64,000 bases of DNA from Patescibacteria group bacterium (GCA_038065735.1 JBBTQK010000001.1:25748-89747); one strand, 5' to 3'; positions 49,001-58,733 are shown, numbered from the stretch's first letter. Program-made: numbers and translations. The notes: generated from the letters alone by a model not told the origin.

Positions 49001-52000
49001 CTAGGGCATCATAAGAATATTTAATATATAAATTATCATTACTTGTAGCTGAAGTTTTAGTTTCGCCATCTGAAGTATACGGCAGGGATTCTTTTTCTAT
49101 CTGGCCTGATCCGTTATATTTAAAATCTTTTACAGAGTAAACATTAGGATCTTCTATTAAATTCCTGGATTGAATCATTCTACCGAGTCCATCAAAATAC
49201 AGTGTATTTATTGGACCTTTCACTCCATCAACTTTTGAAACTTTTTTGATGGAAACTGGCGCAGTATCTGTATAAGAATATGAGCTATAGCTAACTAAAT
49301 TTATTGGATTAACTGGATTTGGTATTTTTATTTCTTTTATTCTGTCCAAACCATCGTAAGTATTCTCAAATTTATTACCATTTAAATCTTGATACTGTTT
49401 TACTTGTCCAGAGGTATAATCATAAGTGAAATTCTCTGATTGGTTTAAAGCGTTTGTGATTTTAGCAGGATAAAGGTTTGAGCTGTCATATGTGTAAGAA
49501 GTTGTGTTTCCCAGACCATCAGACTCTTGTGTTAATAGGCCAAAACTATTGTAAGTTTTATTTATATTTGTGTATTTACTACCCGATTGCCAGAAACTTT
49601 GCTGAGTGAGATTACCTTTTGTAGCAGAATAAAGAGAAAGGCCATCGTAGATATTTTTCGTTTCCTTTATTGTTACGGAATTTTGGTCTTTGACCGTTTC
49701 TAAAGCAGGAAGAGTCAGTATTTTTTTAGAATCCTGAGCATAGGCAATACTAGTTGTAAATTTATCTGAGCCAATATCGCCAGTTATTTCTCCTAGTGTA
49801 GAGGCACTGATTTCGCCTAATGAAGTCGATTGAGTTAAGTTACCAAAAGTATCGTAAATATATTGCTCCGCATTGCTCTTGTAGCCTGTGTTGCCATCGT
49901 AAATTGAATTCACAACTTGGGATAACTGAACTAAATTACAGTCAGTTCCTAAAGTCACATTTCCCCAGCGTTGAAAGTTTTTATAAAAGAGTTTGTTGGT
50001 TTTGTCATATTTTTCACTCAAATAGACTTGGCCTATTTTGCCAGGTAGATCGAGAGTTTCCCCCACGGCAGTATCATTTGTGTCACCTTGGTGGTAATAG
50101 ATTTTATTTACTCCGAGATCGTCCTTGATCGTTATGTCATGAAACCCAGAAAACTTTCTGTCTAAAGGGTTTTTATAATAGTATTTCCCTCCAGCGTATT
50201 CGTAAGATGTTGTAATTGCTGAATTTACATTATCATTTAAAGTTATCTCGGAAATGAGGAAGAGCTTGAAAGGTAATTTAGAATTTTTACCTTTATTGGT
50301 GCCTTTGTCATAATGCGTTGATTGATATTTAACTTTAAAATTTCCGCCGGTATTTTTAGTATAAGAACTTAAAAGATCTGGATTATCATTTACCTCGTTA
50401 GGGGTAGTATCGTCTAAAGTATAGATAATATTTTTTCCCAAATAATCGTTTCTATATAAAAAATCGATTAAACCATCTCCATTAAAATCTGCTACTCTAA
50501 GCCCGTGATCTATGTTTGCATAATTAGATGTAAAAGGTTGTGGAACCACATACTGTTTATTTATCAACCACTCAGTTCCATTATTTATATATACTTCGTT
50601 GTAAGTCGTGTTAGATGAAGGATAGTAATATATGTCAATTAAGCCATCCCCATTCACGTCCTCCAAACTTGATCCAGTGGCTATTGCCCCATTTGCATCA
50701 AAAGCATCATTAGGATCGTCCTCCGCAAAGGGTCTGGGAATATTAAAAGCGCTACTTTTGTACCAAGTTGTTCCATTATTTATATAAGTTGCTCTACTAT
50801 CATAGTCATAATTATAGAAATGCAAGATATCAACAAGTCCATCGTTATTAACATCTGCCACAACCGTTCCAGGATATCTTAGATCTATGGGTATAGTGTT
50901 GTAACCAAGATCCCACCCGGTATTATCTCCCCTGTTCAATAAAACATGATTATAGTAAAGGTAGTTGTTATCTGGCAGTATGCTGCTGCTTAATATATCC
51001 GTCAGATTGTCGCCATCAACATCTGCAAGCATTACTCCATTATCTTCGCCGGTTTCTTTGGTCACAAAGGTAAGTTTTGCCGGAAAAAGAAATTTAGAGT
51101 CTAAAGTCCAACCAGTACCATCTCCTTTGTTGATATACACACCTTGTGTTACTACATATCCATTTTTATCGCCTATAGCCTGAATTAGGTCAATCAATCC
51201 ATCACCATTAACATCCGCAGTACGAACACCCAAGTCTAAATCATTTTTATCAGTGAAATAAAGTGGGAAAATAATTTTTGTATCCAAGTTCCAGCCAGTC
51301 CCGTCTCCCTTATTAATATAAACTTTTTTATCAGATCCTTCTTTTGCATAAACTATATCTGGCAAAGTATCTCCGTTTACATCAAATATTTGCGTAGCAA
51401 GATAGTCTTTAGAGCCACTTCCCAAGTTAATAGGTATCAGATTTAAATTTTCCGATAATGTCTTCCAATTCCCGTCATTTTTTTGGTATTCAAATTTTTC
51501 AGTAGGCTTAGTTACTACAACCCCATTAGTATCGCTTCCGGATTCGGTAATTCCAGATAGAAGAGGTTTTGCTAAATTATCTCCAATAGAATAAGCAAAA
51601 TTATATTTTTTGTATGAAGAATCTAATGAGTTGGTAATCTTGAGTTCCGAAATCAAGTAATTACACATCACAGCAAAGCCAGTGCTGTATGTGGTTATAT
51701 GATCATCTCTATATTTAGTAGAAAATGTCATGGTAAAAATTCCATCGTTAGAGCCGTTCCCAGTGTATTTAATTTTATTAGGATAAAGCTGCTCTATATC
51801 TTTAAAGTATTCATATTTAATAAAGTTATCATTCGTATCCCTAACTTCTTCGAGCATCCATTTATAAATTTGATTTCCGCCATAGGTCGAACCTATTTGC
51901 TTAGATTTATCGTTGATCCCAAATTTGTAAATAGTACCATCTTTATCAGTTACTTCCCAAAAATCTCCAGTTTTATATTCATATTTAAGCATACTACCGT

Positions 52001-52706
52001 CATCAATTTTTGCTCCGTATTGACCATGTTTTGAATCAGTTAAACTGATATCTTTTAGTTCTCCACTCAAAGAAGATGAAAAATAATTTTTAAAATACAT
52101 TTTATTTACTCCATCTTTATTAACACGCTCAATGTAAGGGATATTTAATGACCATCCGTAACCAAAAATGCCATCATCTCTGGTATTTTGACTATTATAG
52201 CTAAGCCTTAAGTCTGGCTGCAGACCATCTCTACCAGGTGGCACTACAAGAGGATATTCAAGAGTAAGCGCCCCAGAAACATTGTCAGCTTTTAGTTGGA
52301 TATTTTCACCTTTTGTTTCTGTTGTACCAATTTTTTGGCTTACACTATTAAATTGCTGATTTTTTGTCTCAGGAAGTTTTTCTAATATATTTTCATCTGA
52401 GTCGATAGGCTTAACCGTGTCCAAAGTATCTACTGGCAAATCCCCATCCGGCTGAATATCCAGATCAGAATTCTCAGGTGGAAGAATGTTCCTTGAAGGT
52501 AATTCAAGAGTTTCTTGATTAGTTTGGCTTGGATCTATTGGACTAGCGGGCAAAATTGAGGAATCTCTAGTGAGAATAGGAGCACTGTCGGCGGGAGAGT
52601 TCGATGTAGTGGTGGCATTTGCAGCCGGCTCTGCAGCAAAAACATTTCCAATGGAAGAGAATAAAATCAGGAAAGTTAAACAACTAACCAGTGTTTTTTT
52701 TATCAT
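46038..52706 (-). CDS. Sec-exported Rhs/YD-repeat polymorphic toxin (SpvB-like N-terminus, FG-GAP/VCBS repeats, RHS core, C-terminal toxin)
   Basis: Signal peptide; PPGRDGLQPDL.LSYNS…G.GW; repeated DVNGDGL.D; YD repeats; FTGKELD..TGLYYY.ARYY and NNPLKYIDPTG. Confidence 0.93.
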   Translation of the reverse strand: MIKKTLVSCLTFLILFSSIGNVFAAEPAANATTTSNSPADSAPILTRDSSILPASPIDPSQTNQETLELPSRNILPPENSDLDIQPDGDLPVDTLDTVKPIDSDENILEKLPETKNQQFNSVSQKIGTTETKGENIQLKADNVSGALTLEYPLVVPPGRDGLQPDLRLSYNSQNTRDDGIFGYGWSLNIPYIERVNKDGVNKMYFKNYFSSSLSGELKDISLTDSKHGQYGAKIDDGSMLKYEYKTGDFWEVTDKDGTIYKFGINDKSKQIGSTYGGNQIYKWMLEEVRDTNDNFIKYEYFKDIEQLYPNKIKYTGNGSNDGIFTMTFSTKYRDDHITTYSTGFAVMCNYLISELKITNSLDSSYKKYNFAYSIGDNLAKPLLSGITESGSDTNGVVVTKPTEKFEYQKNDGNWKTLSENLNLIPINLGSGSKDYLATQIFDVNGDTLPDIVYAKEGSDKKVYINKGDGTGWNLDTKIIFPLYFTDKNDLDLGVRTADVNGDGLIDLIQAIGDKNGYVVTQGVYINKGDGTGWTLDSKFLFPAKLTFVTKETGEDNGVMLADVDGDNLTDILSSSILPDNNYLYYNHVLLNRGDNTGWDLGYNTIPIDLRYPGTVVADVNNDGLVDILHFYNYDYDSRATYINNGTTWYKSSAFNIPRPFAEDDPNDAFDANGAIATGSSLEDVNGDGLIDIYYYPSSNTTYNEVYINNGTEWLINKQYVVPQPFTSNYANIDHGLRVADFNGDGLIDFLYRNDYLGKNIIYTLDDTTPNEVNDNPDLLSSYTKNTGGNFKVKYQSTHYDKGTNKGKNSKLPFKLFLISEITLNDNVNSAITTSYEYAGGKYYYKNPLDRKFSGFHDITIKDDLGVNKIYYHQGDTNDTAVGETLDLPGKIGQVYLSEKYDKTNKLFYKNFQRWGNVTLGTDCNLVQLSQVVNSIYDGNTGYKSNAEQYIYDTFGNLTQSTSLGEISASTLGEITGDIGSDKFTTSIAYAQDSKKILTLPALETVKDQNSVTIKETKNIYDGLSLYSATKGNLTQQSFWQSGSKYTNINKTYNSFGLLTQESDGLGNTTSYTYDSSNLYPAKITNALNQSENFTYDYTSGQVKQYQDLNGNKFENTYDGLDRIKEIKIPNPVNPINLVSYSSYSYTDTAPVSIKKVSKVDGVKGPINTLYFDGLGRMIQSRNLIEDPNVYSVKDFKYNGSGQIEKESLPYTSDGETKTSATSNDNLYIKYSYDALGRATLIQNILGSTSYTYDDWKTTIKDAENNTKDFFADAYGNLVKVLEYNEGNSYKTEYQYNGLGNITKLTDSLSNIQYFSYDGLGRKLSAQDLHATSDTTYGKYSFSYDDANNLKSEVDANGQTTNYSYDKLNRVITEDFTGQAGVETLYTYDNCAWGLGLLCSAVHGNTTTKYIYNPLGDIAIESRQIDGKEYKTQFTYDFLSNPLSIFYPDNNTTNYTYNTAAKLKSVKHANKDIVKNIIYSPTQEIEKIELANNTVTTNKFDASKFYRLTDKITTLNKTGTTPVQLQSLTYTYDKVGDITKLIDVSPGQTAKLAEFGYDNLYRLKSAIITATSNNQKFTQNFQYNSLGNITSKTGQGAYSYAGNGGTSYATPHAVTTIGTTNFVYDKNGNLTSDGKQTLKWDYKDRLIESAGGGKTIKYTYDHTDERVKKADNTYWAIYVNKFYELRNDKVSRHIYAGDLQIASIETGPAVAAPAPAPTPTPAPTQVETVYEDAEDGDVLGWKPSSTIGKVTNIYDQTKQSKVINLGGTYSTSNPNFKFTKEDGKNWDDVIGKIFSWEMNFTGNMTIRLTFDTNQGERYLVYSTLDNTNFNSPTSPKVYVLLDKNLKNGTWQKVTRDLQADFSKVVSGTTINKITLVEFWGMGKLDNIKSISPATVPAPIPTPLPTTPQPTPGTLVTKTIYHHGDHLGGANLETDENGTVIEAVDYYPFGEIRVDNTTTSYKNNYKFTGKELDADTGLYYYSARYYNPQLGRFISQDPWEGDLNDPQSLNKYSYVRNNPLKYIDPTGETFSLFNPTDYSFDNGCSGDCVLGSNYTPSANSSSGPIDESGNSIQLDLGDYGIDVKSMIETSVNWAIVASLLKGRAGLSRTTNTAKAGEIKELHMMQPSVSLKFSKDGTLAGKSVKEVIGNLKSGKMSPKEVPINYSRVGNRNVVVNNRSFSAVKNSKVKPVIIERTGTKWADKMAKKLVKQSKGKVFSKLKVKIK

Positions 52707-52853
52707 GCTGTGATTTTAGAAAGCCTAGGAGGCACTGTACTACCCAAATATATATTCTGGCAATAAGATTTGAAAATTTGGCGATTAAGGCTAATTTAAA
52801 GATTTACTATAAGTAGACTTTTAATTATTATACGGATAGCATATTCCAATTTA

Positions 52854-54131
52854 ATGAAACAAAATTTGCAAAATTCTCGTCCTAAGAATTCTGGTTTCAT
52901 TGCCATTATTGCTCTTGGCGTTTTGGGTTTATTGTCAATTTTTGGCTTAATAGTCTACGGAATCGTCGTCGACACTTATTCTGGTGTCAGATCCAGCAAT
53001 AATTATTATGCTGCCAGAGATTTATCCGACTCCGTTATCGAAAATTTATTATTCAAACTAAATTCCCACGAACCCGGCTGGAACTTTGATGTGGAATGCA
53101 ACTACACCGGCGGTAGAGGGACCACTGCAAATGGAGCTGGTACAAACGGTGAAAATCCCACCAGTTCCACCGATACTCAAGCCTGCACCGACATGGGCCT
53201 AGACGCCTTAGCCGGCAACAAAGAAGTAAAAGTTGTAGTAGAAGTTAAAGGCAGACCGGATGATGATGAAACGTTACTTAGTGAAAAATGCAAAACAAGT
53301 ACAGGAAACTTTAATAGCTCTTGTTATGTGATTCCTTTTGCTGGCACCGGCACGGCCGCAAAAAAATGCACAGCCTATGAGCCCTTTGCTGACAACGACA
53401 AATATGTAAATTCCAATTTGATTGGTGGAATTAATGACTTAGATCACGCCGATTATGCTTGCAACTGGAATAAACTCACCTTTGGCAGCAGTTTAACTGA
53501 TAGGGTAGCGATCCCTTTATTTTACGAAGATGAAAACGAGGAAGTAGTAAATCCCTTTAAAGACGGTGATGGTGAAAATTTTATTTTAAGAATTAGAACT
53601 CCCTGTATAGATGGCAGCGAAGTTTGCGACGCTACTGAAAGGTATAAATTAGATGATACAGAAGACGGCAACGACATCGTCGTTCAATGGCAGCTCAACG
53701 GAGAATGTGAAGGTGAAGGACCTTGTGGGTTGGTAGCTTATGTAGATGAGGATTTCTATTCAGCAATAGATGAAATTATACTAAATACATTTCTTTTAAA
53801 CCCTTCAAGGCAATTTATTATTTTATCTAATGGTGATAGTGGTTTTGATATAAATTCAAATGATGAAGCCTATCTCTTTCCATACCTTTCTTACCAATCT
53901 AAATTAGAACTAATGGATAAACCAATTTTTACCCTTTTCCTAAGCGATAAACTAATCGATGAAGGTGGTAAAAATATCCCATATCTTGAATATCAAATAT
54001 TAACAGATTTACCTATTGGAGGATCTCAAACCATGCTTAAGGCCACAGCTCTTATAGATGGTAATGCCTTTATTAAGACTCTTTGGAAAGAAGAGCAAAA
54101 ACCGCTTATTGACTTTGCAATACAGAATTAG
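52854..54131 (+). CDS. PilX/GspK-like minor pilin
   Basis: SG-FIAIIAL hydrophobic N-terminus lacking Glu5, then a Cys-rich extracellular domain. Confidence 0.7.
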   Translation: MKQNLQNSRPKNSGFIAIIALGVLGLLSIFGLIVYGIVVDTYSGVRSSNNYYAARDLSDSVIENLLFKLNSHEPGWNFDVECNYTGGRGTTANGAGTNGENPTSSTDTQACTDMGLDALAGNKEVKVVVEVKGRPDDDETLLSEKCKTSTGNFNSSCYVIPFAGTGTAAKKCTAYEPFADNDKYVNSNLIGGINDLDHADYACNWNKLTFGSSLTDRVAIPLFYEDENEEVVNPFKDGDGENFILRIRTPCIDGSEVCDATERYKLDDTEDGNDIVVQWQLNGECEGEGPCGLVAYVDEDFYSAIDEIILNTFLLNPSRQFIILSNGDSGFDINSNDEAYLFPYLSYQSKLELMDKPIFTLFLSDKLIDEGGKNIPYLEYQILTDLPIGGSQTMLKATALIDGNAFIKTLWKEEQKPLIDFAIQN

Positions 54132-54183
54132 CTTGACTTTTGGGGGCTATCATGGCTTATAATATAACATCTTAATAAAATTT

Positions 54184-56592
54184 ATGAGCAAACCAATATC
54201 TGAGTCAGCTTCACGAGGTATAGATAATGGGGGAAGGGTTGAAGGTAAAAAAGAATCTGCATTAGAGGTTTTTAGTAGAGCAGGTCGATTTGTGAGTAAA
54301 TTAGCCACGGGTGCCTGGACTAGAAAAATTGGTACAGCCGCTTTATTAGTTGCGGGTGGTTGTAATCTTGAAGATCCTAACTATAAAGTGCAGGAACCTC
54401 CAAAAGCTCGCCCAGCCAGCGTTGCTACGCAGCAAGGTGCTTTAAATGTAGAGAGCTTTGCCAACCTTGGCCCTGAAGCAAGAATGGCTTGGATGGAAAA
54501 AATGGAGGATGGTTCTAGTATTGAACCGATAAACTTAAATGAATGTCCTCACGAAGGGAAAAATTATAAAATTTTTGGAGCAGATAACAAGTTCGGACTC
54601 TTTTATACTCAAGAAGGTGGAACTGCTGAAGAACTTTTATCAGCTGATCCTACATTAGCAGCTTCAGTTAAAAAAGTTCCAATACCGGATGATGTCTATT
54701 CATCAGGAATTTTATTTAAAGATGAAACTGGTCAATCTAAACTTATCGTTGCCGAACAATCAGGCTCAACCCTTGTAACAGATGTAGAGGTAGATCAAAA
54801 TGGAGGAATTTTATATACAGGTGAATTAGAATTGTATCTACAATCTAATGGAGCTCCTGTATCCGGTCAGGGACTACGTTATGCTCCTGATATCGACGGT
54901 AATCCAAGGATGTTTTACAATGTATTGCAAAAATCATACCTTCTAGATCTTCAAACTGGTATAGCCACTGAAACTGGCCTTGATGCTGAACATATGCCAA
55001 CTTGTGGCAATCCTTTCATCACTCCCGACGGTCTAGCAGTTGCTTCTTTAGGTTCTGTGGTTGCAGGTAAGGTTCAATGTAAAGTTGCCGTTGGAGAGGG
55101 ACTTGAAGGCTTAGCCAACGATCCTATTATGATATCTGGTATAGTTGGTAGTGTTACTGATGCTACGATTATTAAGGGTGAAAAGGGAGAAGATATTGTA
55201 ACTTTTGGTAGAGAAATAGGTGGTGTAAAAAGCGTCCACGGTAGAGAGATTCTTCCAGATGAACCAACTGACGGTACAGATGCAACAGACGCAACCGATG
55301 CAACGGAAGGCACTGACACAACAGATGGAACTGCAACTGACGGAACGACTGGTACTGACACTACTGATGGAACAGACGCAACGGACGGAACAACTACTGG
55401 GATAGATGTAACTGATGGCACAGAAGGAACCGACTCTACTGATGCTGCAGCTGGAACTGATACAACCGACGCAACAGATGGAACTGCAACAGACGGTACA
55501 ACTGGCACTGACACTACTGATACAACTGATGTTACGGATAGTACTGATTCTACTGATGGCACAGCGGGTACAGATACAACAGACGCAACCGATGCTACGG
55601 AAGGCATTGACACAACAGATAGTACGGACGGTACAGCGGGTACGGATACGACAGACAGTACCGATAGTACGGACGGAACTACTGGCACCGATACCACGGA
55701 TTCAACCGACAATACAGATAGCACGGACGGAACAGGTGGCACAGATACAACAGACGCAACCGATGGTACCGACAGCACTGACGGTACAGTTGAACCATCT
55801 TGTGAAGTTGATGAAAATGGAGATTTCACAGTCAAGGTTGGTGGTAAAGAAGTTAAAGTTTGTAAGGGAGTAATTCTTCCAGAAAATGATGTTGGACAAA
55901 AAAGATTTGAAGTTGAATTGGAAGGTACCGAAGAATATGAAATTTTGATAAAAGCTTTGACCGATAAAGACGGCCAAAATAGCGATATAATCGTTAATGC
56001 TCAGCTTAAACCGGGCAAAAAAGTTCTATTAACTTGTGATCAATTCCCAGATGTTTCAATGGTTTGTGAATATTCTGATCCAATGGCTTTAGAATCAACT
56101 ACGGTAGACAAAAATGGTCATAAGCTTGAATGGAAATGGCTTGGTGGAGCGCACACTGGTAGTTCAGCAAGTTTAACTGAAACGACACAAGTTGATGCCG
56201 ATACTCTAGAAATAGTTGGATACCTAAAGAAAAATGAAACTGAATATCTTCTATTAAATAAATTACAAGGATCTGAAAGAGGAGATTCATTCGAAACTAT
56301 TACAATTAAAATTGATAAGAATAGTGCCGGTAAAAGAATCAGATTCAGTACTATAGATGGTGAATGGACGGATCTAGAAGAAATTCCAACGGATGGAACT
56401 GATGCAACCGACAGTACTGATAATACAGATACTACGGACATTAGCGATAGCACTGATGCAACAGATCAAGAAATCCCAACAGTTAACAACGGCGGAGGTG
56501 AATCATGTGATATTGGGAATGAAGGTGATCCAGCTATTCTAGCTTTGATTTTGGCAGCAATTGCGGCACTTAATAGAAGAAGACGAGTTTAA
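54184..56592 (+). CDS. Surface protein with Thr/Asp-rich repeats, internal lipobox-like signal and MYXO-CTERM-like C-terminus
   Basis: AALLVAGGC near residue 60; TDxTDx repeats; GGGESC…ILALILAAIAALNRRRRV. Confidence 0.85.
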   Translation: MSKPISESASRGIDNGGRVEGKKESALEVFSRAGRFVSKLATGAWTRKIGTAALLVAGGCNLEDPNYKVQEPPKARPASVATQQGALNVESFANLGPEARMAWMEKMEDGSSIEPINLNECPHEGKNYKIFGADNKFGLFYTQEGGTAEELLSADPTLAASVKKVPIPDDVYSSGILFKDETGQSKLIVAEQSGSTLVTDVEVDQNGGILYTGELELYLQSNGAPVSGQGLRYAPDIDGNPRMFYNVLQKSYLLDLQTGIATETGLDAEHMPTCGNPFITPDGLAVASLGSVVAGKVQCKVAVGEGLEGLANDPIMISGIVGSVTDATIIKGEKGEDIVTFGREIGGVKSVHGREILPDEPTDGTDATDATDATEGTDTTDGTATDGTTGTDTTDGTDATDGTTTGIDVTDGTEGTDSTDAAAGTDTTDATDGTATDGTTGTDTTDTTDVTDSTDSTDGTAGTDTTDATDATEGIDTTDSTDGTAGTDTTDSTDSTDGTTGTDTTDSTDNTDSTDGTGGTDTTDATDGTDSTDGTVEPSCEVDENGDFTVKVGGKEVKVCKGVILPENDVGQKRFEVELEGTEEYEILIKALTDKDGQNSDIIVNAQLKPGKKVLLTCDQFPDVSMVCEYSDPMALESTTVDKNGHKLEWKWLGGAHTGSSASLTETTQVDADTLEIVGYLKKNETEYLLLNKLQGSERGDSFETITIKIDKNSAGKRIRFSTIDGEWTDLEEIPTDGTDATDSTDNTDTTDISDSTDATDQEIPTVNNGGGESCDIGNEGDPAILALILAAIAALNRRRRV
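55261..55790 (+). repeat. Degenerate 9-bp coding repeat (TD[ATGS])n, about 175 codons, with a short second block at about 56388-56466
   Basis: ACNGAY-NNN periodicity with strongly varied third codon positions. Confidence 0.9.
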
Positions 56593-56612
56593 TTGATGAG
56601 ATTATAAAAAAC

Positions 56613-56650
56613 CAAAAAAATAGATAGTCTCTATGGACTATCTGCTTTTG
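56613..56650. terminator. Bidirectional terminator between convergent genes
   Basis: AGATAGTC-TCTATG-GACTATCT hairpin, A-tract on the left and short T-run on the right. Confidence 0.7.
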
Positions 56651-56679
56651 ATATCTCAAACAAAAACTTCAATACTCTA

Positions 56680-57234
56680 TTAGTTCATTGGAGGTATTTC
56701 TTCCAGTTCACCTTCAAAATTTCCATTACCGCTCACATCAAACTTTATTTCCTTACCAGTATCATCCATAACGTAAACAGCCTCAACAGGAGGCTTATTC
56801 TGATTATTAAATTCGACTTCCAAAACATTGCCCAACCCTTCCTGTATAGTTACAACCTGCTCATCAATAAAATCATTATTTTTTCCTATAAACTGAAGTG
56901 TCATATTCTTACCTGGCACTAAATTAGCAGTATGTAGACGGACCTTATTATTTTCAACCTTTTCTACTAGGCTAACATCACCAAATTCCAAAAATGTCCT
57001 CTTAGTCTCAGCAGAAACATCTCCAGCTGTATCATGGCTTCCACTATCTGCTGAAGAACAAGCCGCAATTAAAGCAGACATAATGGCAGCCCACTTACTA
57101 GGTCTATTGGCAATACCATCAACACTTCGATCCAATTGGTGGTCTGTCTCTAAACCAGCTTCAATATCATTTTTGAAGCCTTCTACTCGAGGTAAACCTG
57201 GTTGATTTTCACTATTTGTGCCCATATTCATAAA
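56680..57234 (-). CDS. Hypothetical protein with internal lipobox-like signal
   Basis: KWAAIMSALIAAC-SS after a polar extension of about 45 aa; start uncertain. Confidence 0.7.
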   Translation of the reverse strand, partial: FMNMGTNSENQPGLPRVEGFKNDIEAGLETDHQLDRSVDGIANRPSKWAAIMSALIAACSSADSGSHDTAGDVSAETKRTFLEFGDVSLVEKVENNKVRLHTANLVPGKNMTLQFIGKNNDFIDEQVVTIQEGLGNVLEVEFNNQNKPPVEAVYVMDDTGKEIKFDVSGNGNFEGELEEIPPMN

Positions 57235-57314
57235 TTTATCTACAACAAAACTATACCTTTTAGAGATAGAAGGCAAGGGAATTTATACCCGATTTAAGAT
57301 GGTAAGCTGGTATG

Positions 57315-57342
57315 TTGACTAATTTAAATAAAGTGATACAAT
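57315..57342 (+). promoter_or_regulatory. Probable sigma70 promoter
   Basis: TTGACT, 16-nt spacer, TACAAT with extended TG. Confidence 0.5.
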
Positions 57343-57412
57343 GAAAGACTATAACCATTGACCTTCTTAGAAAGAATAAGTAAACTGCACGAAGTTAATT
57401 TTTCAATAAAAT

Positions 57413-58228
57413 ATGGCTAATCCAGAAATCGAGCTAGAAGACGTACAGGCAGTACCAACAGCTTCACCAACCCTTACTGATACTGTTGATAGTACCAATA
57501 GTGCTGCAAACAGGATTTGCCAGGATGTGCCGCTTGCAACAATAAAAGGAGACATAGGTAAAGCAGTAAGCGCTTCACAGGGTGATTGTGAGAAAAGCCT
57601 ACCAATCCAAGTAAACGCAGACTGTCCAGCAGAAGAAACAACTTTAACTTCTAATGTTGAACTTCATGGCCAGGATGCGACACTACTATTCTACCCTGAT
57701 GGAAAAATAGATGTAAAAGAGGGGAAAGCTGCTATAAAAGGCAAAGGTGAACCTTGTATTGATCAATTACCTGGTTCTTTAACTGCTCTAGGTGTGCATA
57801 TAGATGCGGAAAAAGAAGATGGTAATGTTAATGTAAGATTTAATATTGAAGAACAAGCAGATGGAGCTAAATTTATCAGAGTATATGTTTTTGAAGGTAG
57901 AGCAAAAATTACACCACAGGATGGTGTAACAAGAGAATTATCTGTAAACGAACAAATACTCATTTCTCAAGATGGCACTATAATTCAAGCACCTAGTTCC
58001 AAAGAACAGTTAGAGGGTGCAGGTGCTATAGATTCAGAAAATATTGTGGAATCTGAGCAAGTTTATGGCGATGTAGTAGGAGCTCTTAATAGTACTGTTG
58101 GACAACGAGACGGAGGTTGCGAAACAGTAAAAACAAGTCCAGCAAATATTCCAGGTAGTCTTGTACTTGGAGCTGCAATTCTAGGAGCAGTTGTAATTAA
58201 AAAAATACAAAGTGTTGTTCAAAGATAA
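57413..58228 (+). CDS. FecR-like domain protein with MYXO-CTERM-like C-terminal anchor
   Basis: RFNIE…RVYVFEGRAKI…L...EQ FecR-like strands; DGGC…PGSLVLGAAILGAVVIKK. Confidence 0.65.
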   Translation: MANPEIELEDVQAVPTASPTLTDTVDSTNSAANRICQDVPLATIKGDIGKAVSASQGDCEKSLPIQVNADCPAEETTLTSNVELHGQDATLLFYPDGKIDVKEGKAAIKGKGEPCIDQLPGSLTALGVHIDAEKEDGNVNVRFNIEEQADGAKFIRVYVFEGRAKITPQDGVTRELSVNEQILISQDGTIIQAPSSKEQLEGAGAIDSENIVESEQVYGDVVGALNSTVGQRDGGCETVKTSPANIPGSLVLGAAILGAVVIKKIQSVVQR

Positions 58229-58244
58229 ATAGGCCATTGGCCAC

Positions 58245-58733
58245 TTATCGATTTATCCTTTTAGGAATCCCTTTAGGCATTTCTGGCAAAGGTCTCCATT
58301 TTGTAACCTCGCAGTCTCTAATATCATTATTCAAAAGGTTTATAATTTTGATAGAACCTACGATATCTTGTACCACAAAGCTTAAATCTAATGAATCAGG
58401 GTCATCATGGCTCAGAACTCTCATTTCTTCATGAAGAATTTTCCCTTCCGTATCCTCCCATATCACTTCAACTGGGTTGTGCTCCTTATAGTCATGAGAA
58501 AGATCAAATTGAGTTCGGCTCAATCTAATCATTGTTAAATCATTGCTTTCTGGTCCAATATGTGAACAAAACTCTTCATCTCCCCGAGGCTGCGGATTCG
58601 AGCACGCCGCCACCAAAGCCGCGATCAAAGATGCAATTCGGCCAGGCATTCTAAAGCCATTTGACCTGGTTTCCAAATGGGTTGGTTGATCTAAAACCGG
58701 TAAAACATCTGATTTTCCGCCTTCTGCTGACAT
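58245..58733 (-). CDS. Hypothetical protein with internal lipobox-like signal
   Basis: RIASLIAALVAAC-S after a polar extension of about 30 aa. Confidence 0.7.
   Translation of the reverse strand: MSAEGGKSDVLPVLDQPTHLETRSNGFRMPGRIASLIAALVAACSNPQPRGDEEFCSHIGPESNDLTMIRLSRTQFDLSHDYKEHNPVEVIWEDTEGKILHEEMRVLSHDDPDSLDLSFVVQDIVGSIKIINLLNNDIRDCEVTKWRPLPEMPKGIPKRINR

Noticed and set aside
55074-55873. Alternative-frame ORFs 55074..55835 (-) and 55415..55873 (+)
   Set aside because: Shadows of the TD repeat, whose codons lack stops in other frames; SV-rich and Q/L-rich translations have no independent support.
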